A DNA stretch of 29,337 nucleotides from IMG/VR virus record IMGVR_UViG_3300017735_000067, positions 1-29,337 of that record. One strand, 5' to 3'. This DNA comes from a virus (taxonomy: Duplodnaviria; Caudoviricetes). Shown piece after piece: positions 8,393 to 15,357 of this stretch; position 1 is the stretch's first letter; the number at the start of each line of letters is the position of its first letter. The position numbers were made by a program, and so were the translations under genes. The notes under the pieces were generated by a model. It searched no databases and had not been told where the DNA came from. It saw only the letters and a list, made by a program, of their open reading frames with translations.

Positions 8393-10485
8393 TAGGATTC
8401 TCCTATGTTTTGAGTATCAACTGAACCCATCTTTGCGGGAGCAGTTCCAAGTCTTCCAATTTCAGCATTCTGTTGCTGAACAACTTGCTGTTGGTATTGT
8501 GCGGAGTAATTCTGTAAGTTAGCTAGGAAAGCTGGATCGCCTTGAAGTCTAGCTTGGATACCTTCTTGGCTGGTATATTCTTGAACAACCTGCATAGCTA
8601 TTTGACCACCATTGGGTCTAGCACCCACTGGAATGCCAGCATATATCTTAGTAAGGTCATCAGTTACATCCTTAACCATTTCCTCTTGTCCTTGACCTTC
8701 GGGCTGAATAATAACATCAGCGATACTTGGATCAATTGCATTAGCCGCCAATTGCTCCGCGGCTTGTAGATTAAAGGTATTGTTCGGAGAGTTTCTAGCC
8801 AGCTCAAGTATGGACTGTATCTTGGCTTTCATCATCTCTGGGTCTTGGTTTTGGACATCAAAGGATATGCAAACATCTATAACCTCGTCCTCTGGGGACT
8901 TGTAAATAACGAGTTCGTTTGGATAGCCAGTTACTCGAAAGAACTTTTCGTCGGGTCCAAAAACTAAGAACGATTTGTAAGCTAATTTTAAGATGCTTGA
9001 GCAGTGCGTAAGGAACTTGTCGATAAAGAACTGCTGACGTTGCTGACTTAGCTGACTTTGCTCATTTAGTCCTACCAAATCCATGGCTTCCTGTTGAACA
9101 TACTTTTCTAGCTGGCTAGCCGCGGAAGATGTATTGGGAACATTCATGTATTCAAACTTTTCGTTTGCACGAACACCAATCCAAGCACCCGCACCCATTT
9201 GTGCTGGTGGGCGACCCACTGGGTGTAGCAGGGGTGGTGCAACAGCCAAAGCCATTTGATCACTCCAACCATCCCTGAGTGTCTTCATTTGTTTTTGCGG
9301 ACCCCTGAGAAGATCGCTAAATGTATTTACATCGTATACTCGTTTGCCACCATTACTTAAACGGGTAAGAACAAAGGGGTATTCGTCATACCCAGACATA
9401 AGCTCATTGCTTAAATGACCCGTCGTTAGCCTTGGGTTCCATACTGTTAAATAAATTCCCTCGGAGTTGCTCTTGGTGTCAATGAGTCTGCGGTATGTGT
9501 AAACAACTTCAATTAAGTCCTTGGAGTCATTCATTCCAGACATCCCATAATTTGAACCCCCTCTGCTCTGAGAGGATTTCATTGAACTATATGTGGTCTG
9601 ATTCATTCCAGAGTAATCAAAACCCCTATGGTTTTCAATTAACTCCTCTGCTATTGACTTGTCCCACCCCTTGGTTTCCACACAATTTTCAATTTCTTGG
9701 GGTGTAAGGAATGCTCGCATATGCACTCTGGGTGAGCGTTGAATATCCGTAACATAGCTAGGAATAACAATATCAATATCAGAGAACTTTGATTCCACGA
9801 AGGGTCTTGAGACATCTTTCTTAGCTACTGGTATTTTTGCTACTCCAAAATCCCTTAGTTCTTTTAACGCGGACTTTGCTTTACGGGCATCCACATAATC
9901 GAACATATCCGTCATCATGGCGATTGTTTCATCATCTCGGTTTTCGTCAGCCAGCAACTCATATAGCTCTGGAGCTACTTCTTGAATTAGTTCTAAATTA
10001 AATTCTTCATCGTGAGTTCTGGACTTCATCTCCCAGTCCACGTAGGTAATTGCAATACCCTTCTCAAGCAAATTGTTAGCCGCGGTTTCGCACTCAGAAC
10101 GAAAGTCTCTTATATAGGACTTTTGCATATACTTTAAAAACGAGGAAATAACCCCAGCTTGCTTGATGTCAGAGGACTCCGTGGGATAAGCACGAATGTT
10201 ACTCTTGCTCAGTGCGTTCATCATTAGCCCCACGTATGTGGATATGCACTGCTCTATTAATCTTACCTCTGTGTCACACGCACCGTCCCAAGGAAACGCG
10301 TCTTCTCCGCTCTTAACCAGTTGGTTGTTTTTACCCAACCACTCTGCGTTTCTATTGTTGTAACTATCTTGGCACTGAGAAACATAAGCACTTAAATCCG
10401 TTACATCGGATTCATAATCACGCTTTAATTCGTTAATATCGGGCTTTGATGTGACGTAGTAGGCTTCTAGCTCTTTGTCTTCCAT
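8392..10485 (-). CDS. Portal protein
   Basis: 697 aa between terminase and scaffold; FPWDGA motif, YPFV, Gln-rich C-terminal helix as in P22-like portals. Confidence 0.8.
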   Translation of the reverse strand: MEDKELEAYYVTSKPDINELKRDYESDVTDLSAYVSQCQDSYNNRNAEWLGKNNQLVKSGEDAFPWDGACDTEVRLIEQCISTYVGLMMNALSKSNIRAYPTESSDIKQAGVISSFLKYMQKSYIRDFRSECETAANNLLEKGIAITYVDWEMKSRTHDEEFNLELIQEVAPELYELLADENRDDETIAMMTDMFDYVDARKAKSALKELRDFGVAKIPVAKKDVSRPFVESKFSDIDIVIPSYVTDIQRSPRVHMRAFLTPQEIENCVETKGWDKSIAEELIENHRGFDYSGMNQTTYSSMKSSQSRGGSNYGMSGMNDSKDLIEVVYTYRRLIDTKSNSEGIYLTVWNPRLTTGHLSNELMSGYDEYPFVLTRLSNGGKRVYDVNTFSDLLRGPQKQMKTLRDGWSDQMALAVAPPLLHPVGRPPAQMGAGAWIGVRANEKFEYMNVPNTSSAASQLEKYVQQEAMDLVGLNEQSQLSQQRQQFFIDKFLTHCSSILKLAYKSFLVFGPDEKFFRVTGYPNELVIYKSPEDEVIDVCISFDVQNQDPEMMKAKIQSILELARNSPNNTFNLQAAEQLAANAIDPSIADVIIQPEGQGQEEMVKDVTDDLTKIYAGIPVGARPNGGQIAMQVVQEYTSQEGIQARLQGDPAFLANLQNYSAQYQQQVVQQQNAEIGRLGTAPAKMGSVDTQNIGES

Positions 10486-10494
10486 AAATCGTTA

Positions 10495-10503
10495 ATTATA
10501 GCA
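10495..10503 (-). promoter_or_regulatory. Extended -10 promoter (TGCTATAAT), near-leaderless portal mRNA
   Basis: Ends 9 nt before the portal ATG; no Shine-Dalgarno. Confidence 0.7.
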
Positions 10504-10511
10504 GGTGCAAT

Positions 10512-10730
10512 TTATTTTTGTAGGCGAATTTTGATATTATTTAAAAATGTTGTATACCATTGGTAGTCCTTGGATATTATGTCCAAAAAATCATGCAAGG
10601 GAATTTCTTCGTATATATCATTATATACACGATACATTATTTCCCAGTCAATAAATGCTGATGAGTGACGACTAGCGAATCTCTTTAAGTCTTTGCTCTC
10701 GCTGGAACTCTCTATTGTAGATAATCTCAT
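10512..10730 (-). CDS. Hypothetical protein (start uncertain)
   Basis: 72-aa ORF filling the gap before the portal; overlaps the upstream gene by 59 nt. Confidence 0.5.
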   Translation of the reverse strand: MRLSTIESSSESKDLKRFASRHSSAFIDWEIMYRVYNDIYEEIPLHDFLDIISKDYQWYTTFLNNIKIRLQK

Positions 10731-11091
10731 GGCGGTAAAAGTTTTCGTCGTTCTTGTTAATAACCTGTGCCTTAAAAATTAGATTTCGTCTCATTATTCC
10801 ATTGTGCGTATGGGGAATAGACACCCTAACTTTTCTTACGGGTTTTTCAAGTAGTTTGCAAAACCAGAACAAGGGGTTCGGGGTGGGGTTCAACGCCTGA
10901 ACCCTAACAAACTGGGGTTCGATGATTGCATCATCTTGCTTATTAAAATACTCTTCAATTTTTGCTACACCAGAATCCGTTAGTTCTCTGGTTTTTGTGC
11001 AGTAATCTTCATCATTGCACACCTCTTTGCGTATTTTACCTATTTTGGGTGCAGTTACCCCGTATTTTTCTGCTAGTTCTTTTTGTTTCAT
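10672..11091 (-). CDS. Hypothetical protein with N-terminal helix-turn-helix
   Basis: MKQKELAEKYGVTAPKIGKIRK HTH pattern; coupled to the terL stop. Confidence 0.65.
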   Translation of the reverse strand: MKQKELAEKYGVTAPKIGKIRKEVCNDEDYCTKTRELTDSGVAKIEEYFNKQDDAIIEPQFVRVQALNPTPNPLFWFCKLLEKPVRKVRVSIPHTHNGIMRRNLIFKAQVINKNDENFYRHEIIYNREFQREQRLKEIR

Positions 11092-12740
11092 TAGTATCCT
11101 CCTGTTGATTTTACTTGTTGGAAGTCATAATCCGTGTAGTGAATTGGACCATCTCCAGCATTTGCCATTCTTAAATAGCGTATTAAGTCAAAGAAATCCT
11201 TGAGGGCTTCATCGGACTTTCCTTGTGCGTTGTAGTTAATAAGACTGTCTATTAGATTCTCGCAAGAATCGTGTATAAAGCATCGGGGCTTGTTTGCGGC
11301 ATCCAGTTCGTTATTGGGGTTATAGCTAAACCATTCGTCCAGTGCCTGTATACCTATCTGCTCCTGTCTTCCGTCCGAGGGAACAAAGTGGAAGTCGAAC
11401 TCCTCAAAGGAAGCAAATAAGTCCAAGTTGTTCTCATTCTCCCTAGCGAAGTATCTGGAGTCCCCTATGCGTTCAAATACCTCTATCCCTAACTCGTCCT
11501 CAATATCCGCAAAGAGTTCGCAGTATCCCTGAACGTCGTATCCTATCTTTTTGGAAGCTGGACCATACTTCCACTTCTCCCCGAACAATGCCCACTCTCC
11601 GTATTGCGACCTCTCTGGGAACTCCTTGGTTATATATATCTCTCCAAGTTCGTTTACTGCCGCCCACAAGGCACAGAAGTTCCTATTGCCCGCGGGATCA
11701 ACTACTTGGTAGTGAGTGTATTCATCGGTCGATACGTCTGGGAACGTCATCCCCACAGCGTTTTCCTCCTCGCCCAGCACTTGCACCTCAGTGGAAAATA
11801 GGGGTAGCAAAGAAGTAATACTCTTGACGGGGATTCCGTAGGCACGAACCATGATTTCCTCGTCTGGGCGACCAATTAGGTCCTTCTTGATACGCTCGTA
11901 TCCCCCAAAGGGGTTTTCGTCGGAGTGCAAGTAGACAACAGCGGCATCCCTAGATGGGGCATATTGAACGACGGGGACTTGCTCTCCCCGAAGGAGTTCT
12001 GCGGATTTGGTAGATATGGTTCTTGCGTTCTTTTGGTATTCAGCTACAAAGGGTGTAAAGCCGTCAATGGGTGTAAACCCCAGTAGCATCTTTGAATTCC
12101 TAGTAGCTAGGCGAAAGCGTAGTGTGTTTACGAGTGCCGCATCCCCCAGATACTCATCTAGCCAGCTACCTATGTTTAGCTCTGGGTTGTTCTTGAAGCC
12201 GAACTCAAAGCCCTCCAAGATAGTCTGATTGTTGGAGAACTGGGTGTATGTCTTGAAGTCCACTCTTGTTCTGGTGTCTGGAAAGATAAAGCTACTCCCC
12301 GTGAATCCATTCTGCATAGAGAAGTTTATATATCCCTCTATGCTCTTGGTTTTCTTTTTGAACTCCTTGGGCATCATTTCCCAAATTGCGGCTTGCTGAA
12401 CCTTAACGGAGGTGTCTGCATTCTGGCTGAAGCAAACGATGTGTCCGTCGGGATTGTTGGTAACGGCTTCCATTACTAGCTTTGCACACCCCGTGGTTTT
12501 CCCCGATCTATTTCCTCCTAGGGCTAGGACTTCGTTGTATTCATTTAGACCCCTCCTTATCCTCCCCCAGCCCTCTAGGTCAAACCCCTGACGCAAGGGG
12601 TCCTCCTGAGATGCCCGTATAAGCCCCTCACGCACCCTATGAAGCTCTTGCAGGGCTTTGGGGTCACTCTCCCCCAGAAGGACTATCTCCTCGTCTGTGG
12701 GGGCTTCTATTAGGGGGTGCGGGGTGAATGTTAGTTCCAT
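11091..12740 (-). CDS. terL: Terminase large subunit
   Basis: Walker A GGNRSGKT, Walker B SWLDE, coupling motif FTP, RNase H-like VDPA...DLIRY; likely start MELTFTPHP at 12740. Confidence 0.92.
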   Translation of the reverse strand: MELTFTPHPLIEAPTDEEIVLLGESDPKALQELHRVREGLIRASQEDPLRQGFDLEGWGRIRRGLNEYNEVLALGGNRSGKTTGCAKLVMEAVTNNPDGHIVCFSQNADTSVKVQQAAIWEMMPKEFKKKTKSIEGYINFSMQNGFTGSSFIFPDTRTRVDFKTYTQFSNNQTILEGFEFGFKNNPELNIGSWLDEYLGDAALVNTLRFRLATRNSKMLLGFTPIDGFTPFVAEYQKNARTISTKSAELLRGEQVPVVQYAPSRDAAVVYLHSDENPFGGYERIKKDLIGRPDEEIMVRAYGIPVKSITSLLPLFSTEVQVLGEEENAVGMTFPDVSTDEYTHYQVVDPAGNRNFCALWAAVNELGEIYITKEFPERSQYGEWALFGEKWKYGPASKKIGYDVQGYCELFADIEDELGIEVFERIGDSRYFARENENNLDLFASFEEFDFHFVPSDGRQEQIGIQALDEWFSYNPNNELDAANKPRCFIHDSCENLIDSLINYNAQGKSDEALKDFFDLIRYLRMANAGDGPIHYTDYDFQQVKSTGGY

Positions 12741-12934
12741 TATTCTTCGTCCCAAATTACTTCTACATTGTCGTCCCTAAAATCCAAGGATGCCTCCCTG
12801 AGCAACATCCTAGCTACGGATACCGTCGTGTATTCGGATTGCACTTCGCCCGCCTCGTCCAGAACAACTATTAGATAGTTGGGGTAGTATTCCCCAAGTA
12901 TCTCCTTTAGCTTATCAAGAATCTCCTGATCCAA
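12740..12934 (-). CDS. Small acidic hypothetical protein
   Basis: 64 aa, TTG start; stop overlaps the terL ATG. Confidence 0.6.
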   Translation of the reverse strand: MDQEILDKLKEILGEYYPNYLIVVLDEAGEVQSEYTTVSVARMLLREASLDFRDDNVEVIWDEE

Positions 12935-13520
12935 GGGAATCCTCCTCTTCTACTACTTGGGCTTCTATAGCTCCCTCCTTTATTTGCTCTATACGCTTTC
13001 TAGCGGCATTTAGGGTATCTTGGTAGTCCTCCGCTGTGTATATATTCTTTACATCAACCACCTGAGAAGCCTCGCCCCTAGCGGTCATAGCTTGTCTCTG
13101 GGAGTTTGCCTTGGCTATTGATATCTCTTTTAGGTCTCTGAACTCTGGTTCATAGCCACCTTCCAGCTTTACTCTGAGGGCATCAATCATATCTTCTTCT
13201 AGGGATTCTAGGTTAAGATAGCTCCTAGCGGCTAATTGCCCTCCTAGCTCGCGGAAGGAGTTTGTGTGATCCGAGTAGTCCGATAATACAGCTACGACAG
13301 TAGTCCTAGGTATGCTGTGCCTGCGGATCATGTTCGTCTGCGAACAGCCCAGTGCGTGTAGATAAAGTATCTTAGCTACCTTCTCTGGATTGTGCCTAGA
13401 TAGGCTCTTGATCTTGGATGCTTCTTTCTCACGCTGGATAGTCACAATAGCATTAGAGATGCTTTGCATCAACTCGTCCTTCTCGTCACCCTGTTTCAAT
13501 TCTGCAACTGGCTCTTCCAT
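12915..13520 (-). CDS. Putative terminase small subunit
   Basis: 201 aa; HTH-like segment (LGCSQTNMIRRHSIPRTTV), helical core; first gene of the packaging operon. Confidence 0.55.
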   Translation of the reverse strand: MEEPVAELKQGDEKDELMQSISNAIVTIQREKEASKIKSLSRHNPEKVAKILYLHALGCSQTNMIRRHSIPRTTVVAVLSDYSDHTNSFRELGGQLAARSYLNLESLEEDMIDALRVKLEGGYEPEFRDLKEISIAKANSQRQAMTARGEASQVVDVKNIYTAEDYQDTLNAARKRIEQIKEGAIEAQVVEEEDSLGSGDS

Positions 13521-13529
13521 ACCCTATTT

Positions 13530-13620
13530 CATTTTTGCAATAACCCATTGCAATTCTGCAATAACCCATTGCAATTTTGCAACACCTATACCATTATACA
13601 TACATTATATATATAATTAT
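13530..13620 (+). repeat. Three 21-bp-period iteron-like repeats plus AT-rich tract (origin-like copy A)
   Basis: CATTTTTGCAA 13530, CAATTCTGCAA 13551, CAATTTTGCAA 13572, then CACCTATACCATTA and a TA-rich run. Confidence 0.75.
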
Positions 13621-13633
13621 AAGGGTGATAATG

Positions 13634-13642
13634 ATTATAGCA
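13634..13642 (-). promoter_or_regulatory. Extended -10 promoter (TGCTATAAT) for the packaging operon
   Basis: Same 9-mer as 6332 and 10495, upstream of the putative terS. Confidence 0.65.
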
Positions 13643-13800
13643 CCCGAGAATTTGATTTCAATGTCATTCATGAACTGTGCTTATGACCTCTGGGCTTTGG
13701 GTTGTCAAGCTAAACCCAATCGGAATGTCAATTTTTTTATGGGGTTGTTTATATATATATAGAAATTCTGTCGCAACTTTTTGCAGACCCCCTCCTCCCC

Positions 13801-14083
13801 ATGTATCCAGATTTCCACTACAAACTGACGTAAGTCGTTGGTATACAGCTACTATGGACACATCTGAGCCTAGCTAACCTAGCTAATCTAGCTAAGTCAT
13901 TGGTTATCAGTTACTTGTGTTACATATGAGGTAGTAAAATGTTTCTCCTTATGGAAATGTATCAAGAATCCCACTACAAACACCCGTATTAGTGGTATCA
14001 CTTTGGGCTAAGTTTCTAGCTAATCTTCTAGCTACCCTTCTAGCTCGTTTCATAAGTCGTTGACTATCAATACTATGGACAAC
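13801..14083. repeat. Repeat-rich non-coding control region (possible genome terminus)
   Basis: 25-bp repeat 13801/13957 (22/25 identical); TAAGTCRTTG motif at 13831, 13893, 14053; CTAGCTAAN x3 at 13870; TTCTAGCT x3 at 12-bp period from 14014; TACTATGGACA at 13850 and 14071. Confidence 0.8.
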
Positions 14084-14125
14084 ACTAGGATAACAGGGTC
14101 ATGGTGAGAAAGGATGCGAATATGC

Positions 14126-14154
14126 TTGTGCCATGCTGGTATCTGCTTTAAAAT
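14126..14154 (+). promoter_or_regulatory. Sigma70-type early promoter
   Basis: TTGTGC-17 nt-TAAAAT; predicted start near 14161, followed by boxA-like CGTTCTTTTCCA. Confidence 0.55.
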
Positions 14155-14175
14155 GGTGGCTCGTTCTTTTCCAGT

Positions 14176-14432
14176 CTCGCCCAGTAATGAGCCAGACAGA
14201 GTTAGCTAAAGCTAGCTACTTCGCCAGCCAGCGTTACCGCTGAGTAACATTATCCGATATCTCGACATGGAGAGATGGGGATTAGTTGCCAGCCAGCTGG
14301 GTGAGCCAAGCACAATGACTCCATGCAGTTACCGCTCCACTTTGATCATCCCTTGATGTATGTGCCAGCAGACTCAGAGCCAGTGACATCGATCACTGAG
14401 CTAGGTTATAAGTTGCCAGTTGGATCGGCAAC
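14176..14432 (+). ncRNA. Candidate structured leader / small RNA
   Basis: 9-bp long-range helix 14176-84 with 14297-305; hairpins at 14201-16, 14233-48, 14259-76, 14381-98, 14412-32; no convincing ORF. Confidence 0.4.
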
Positions 14433-14439
14433 GAGACGA

Positions 14440-14487
14440 GACCGAAACGCGAAAGCGTCCAGTGCTATCTGCACTGCTGATGAGGTC
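14440..14487 (+). ncRNA. Hammerhead ribozyme HH1 (type II)
   Basis: GACC-GAAA-CGC(gaaa)GCG-TC^-CAGTGC(tatct)GCACTG-CTGATGA-GGTC; full core, three perfect stems, GUC cleavage after 14459. Confidence 0.95.
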
Positions 14488-14526
14488 AGAACACCTCGTA
14501 TCAATAAACCAAATACAAAAATAGAT

Positions 14527-14796
14527 ATGAAAAACAAAAGCGACAACAACACCTACGCAGTCATCACCCGTGAAAGCATCTTCGTCGAAGCTCCATGTGA
14601 GACTACTTACTTCAAGAATCTACTGGATGCAGAAAGATTCATGGCTAGATACTTAGCACGACCAAGAGAAGTCGAGCAGTGCCAGCTGGTCAAAGTAATG
14701 CAGTGGCACGAGCAAGATGAAAACTGCACTGAATACGATGATGCGGTAAGAAGAGTTCAATCTCTTCGCGACCGCAGACCAGTGCATCACTTCTAG
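14527..14796 (+). CDS. Early hypothetical protein (cassette 1, 89 aa)
   Basis: Starts MKNKSDNN at the ATG of the conserved leader; TAG overlaps the first base of HH2. Confidence 0.8.
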   Translation: MKNKSDNNTYAVITRESIFVEAPCETTYFKNLLDAERFMARYLARPREVEQCQLVKVMQWHEQDENCTEYDDAVRRVQSLRDRRPVHHF

Positions 14797-14847
14797 ATCG
14801 AAACACCCTCATGGGTGTCTGACGGTATCTCCGTCACTGACGAGATC
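14796..14847 (+). ncRNA. Hammerhead ribozyme HH2 (type II)
   Basis: GATC-GAAA-CACCC(tcat)GGGTG-TC^-TGACGG(tatct)CCGTCA-CTGACGA-GATC; cleavage after 14819. Confidence 0.95.
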
Positions 14848-14877
14848 AGTATCAATAAACCAAATACAAAAATAGAT

Positions 14878-15270
14878 ATGAAAAATAAATGCGAACCAAC
14901 AATAGATCTCAATTATAAATACAAAGCCACAGAAGCTGAGATACTTCGTATGTGGCTTAGGAATAATAAAGATGTGGATAAGGAAGACTTAGCTAAGGTA
15001 GTTAAAGCAAATGTCGTAGTGCTACATAGGTTAGTTACTTTCTATGATGGCTCACCGAATGCGATTGTTCGTAGATGGCGTAAGCATGGTGACTTCTTAG
15101 TAGCGGAGTATACACCACCAGTCACTCAATCATATGAGGTCACTGCTACCGTTACATTGATAGTGGATGCCACTGATGAACGCGATGCCATGCAGAAAGC
15201 AGACGAAGAGTTTGAGTCCAGAGACTTATGCTGTGAGATGCCATGGGAAGCAAAGCTAGATCATCCATAA
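14878..15270 (+). CDS. Early hypothetical protein (cassette 2, 130 aa)
   Basis: Starts MKNKCEPT at the leader ATG; TAA ends 2 nt before HH3; C-terminal VDATDERDAMQKA motif. Confidence 0.8.
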   Translation: MKNKCEPTIDLNYKYKATEAEILRMWLRNNKDVDKEDLAKVVKANVVVLHRLVTFYDGSPNAIVRRWRKHGDFLVAEYTPPVTQSYEVTATVTLIVDATDERDAMQKADEEFESRDLCCEMPWEAKLDHP

Positions 15271-15272
15271 CA

Positions 15273-15324
15273 GGTCGAAACTCTCTACGGAGAGTCTGGC
15301 GGTATCTCCGTCACTGATGAGACC
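15273..15324 (+). ncRNA. Hammerhead ribozyme HH3 (type II)
   Basis: GGTC-GAAA-CTCTC(tacg)GAGAG-TC^-TGGCGG(tatct)CCGTCA-CTGATGA-GACC; one G-U pair in stem I; cleavage after 15296. Confidence 0.95.
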
Positions 15325-15357
15325 ATCAGTATCAATAATACAAATACAAAAATAGAT

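Noticed and set aside
13390-13877. Short ORFs in the control region (13390, 13577, 13664, 13677)
   Set aside because: Low-complexity translations of repeats and AT runs with no initiation signals
14176-14432. Leader as twister, pistol, twister-sister ribozyme or tRNA
   Set aside because: Only fragmentary resemblance; required conserved cores and pseudoknots could not be assembled by eye
14323-14526. N-terminal extension of ORF 14323..14796, and likewise 14815-14877
   Set aside because: These extensions run through the ribozymes and leader; the real starts are the ATGs at 14527 and 14878, matching the 15358 and 16703 leaders
15168-15190. Extra CTGATGA/CTGACGA words (15173, 16544, 10659) as more hammerheads
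   Set aside because: No correctly placed GAAA and no flanking stems; they lie within or overlap coding sequence
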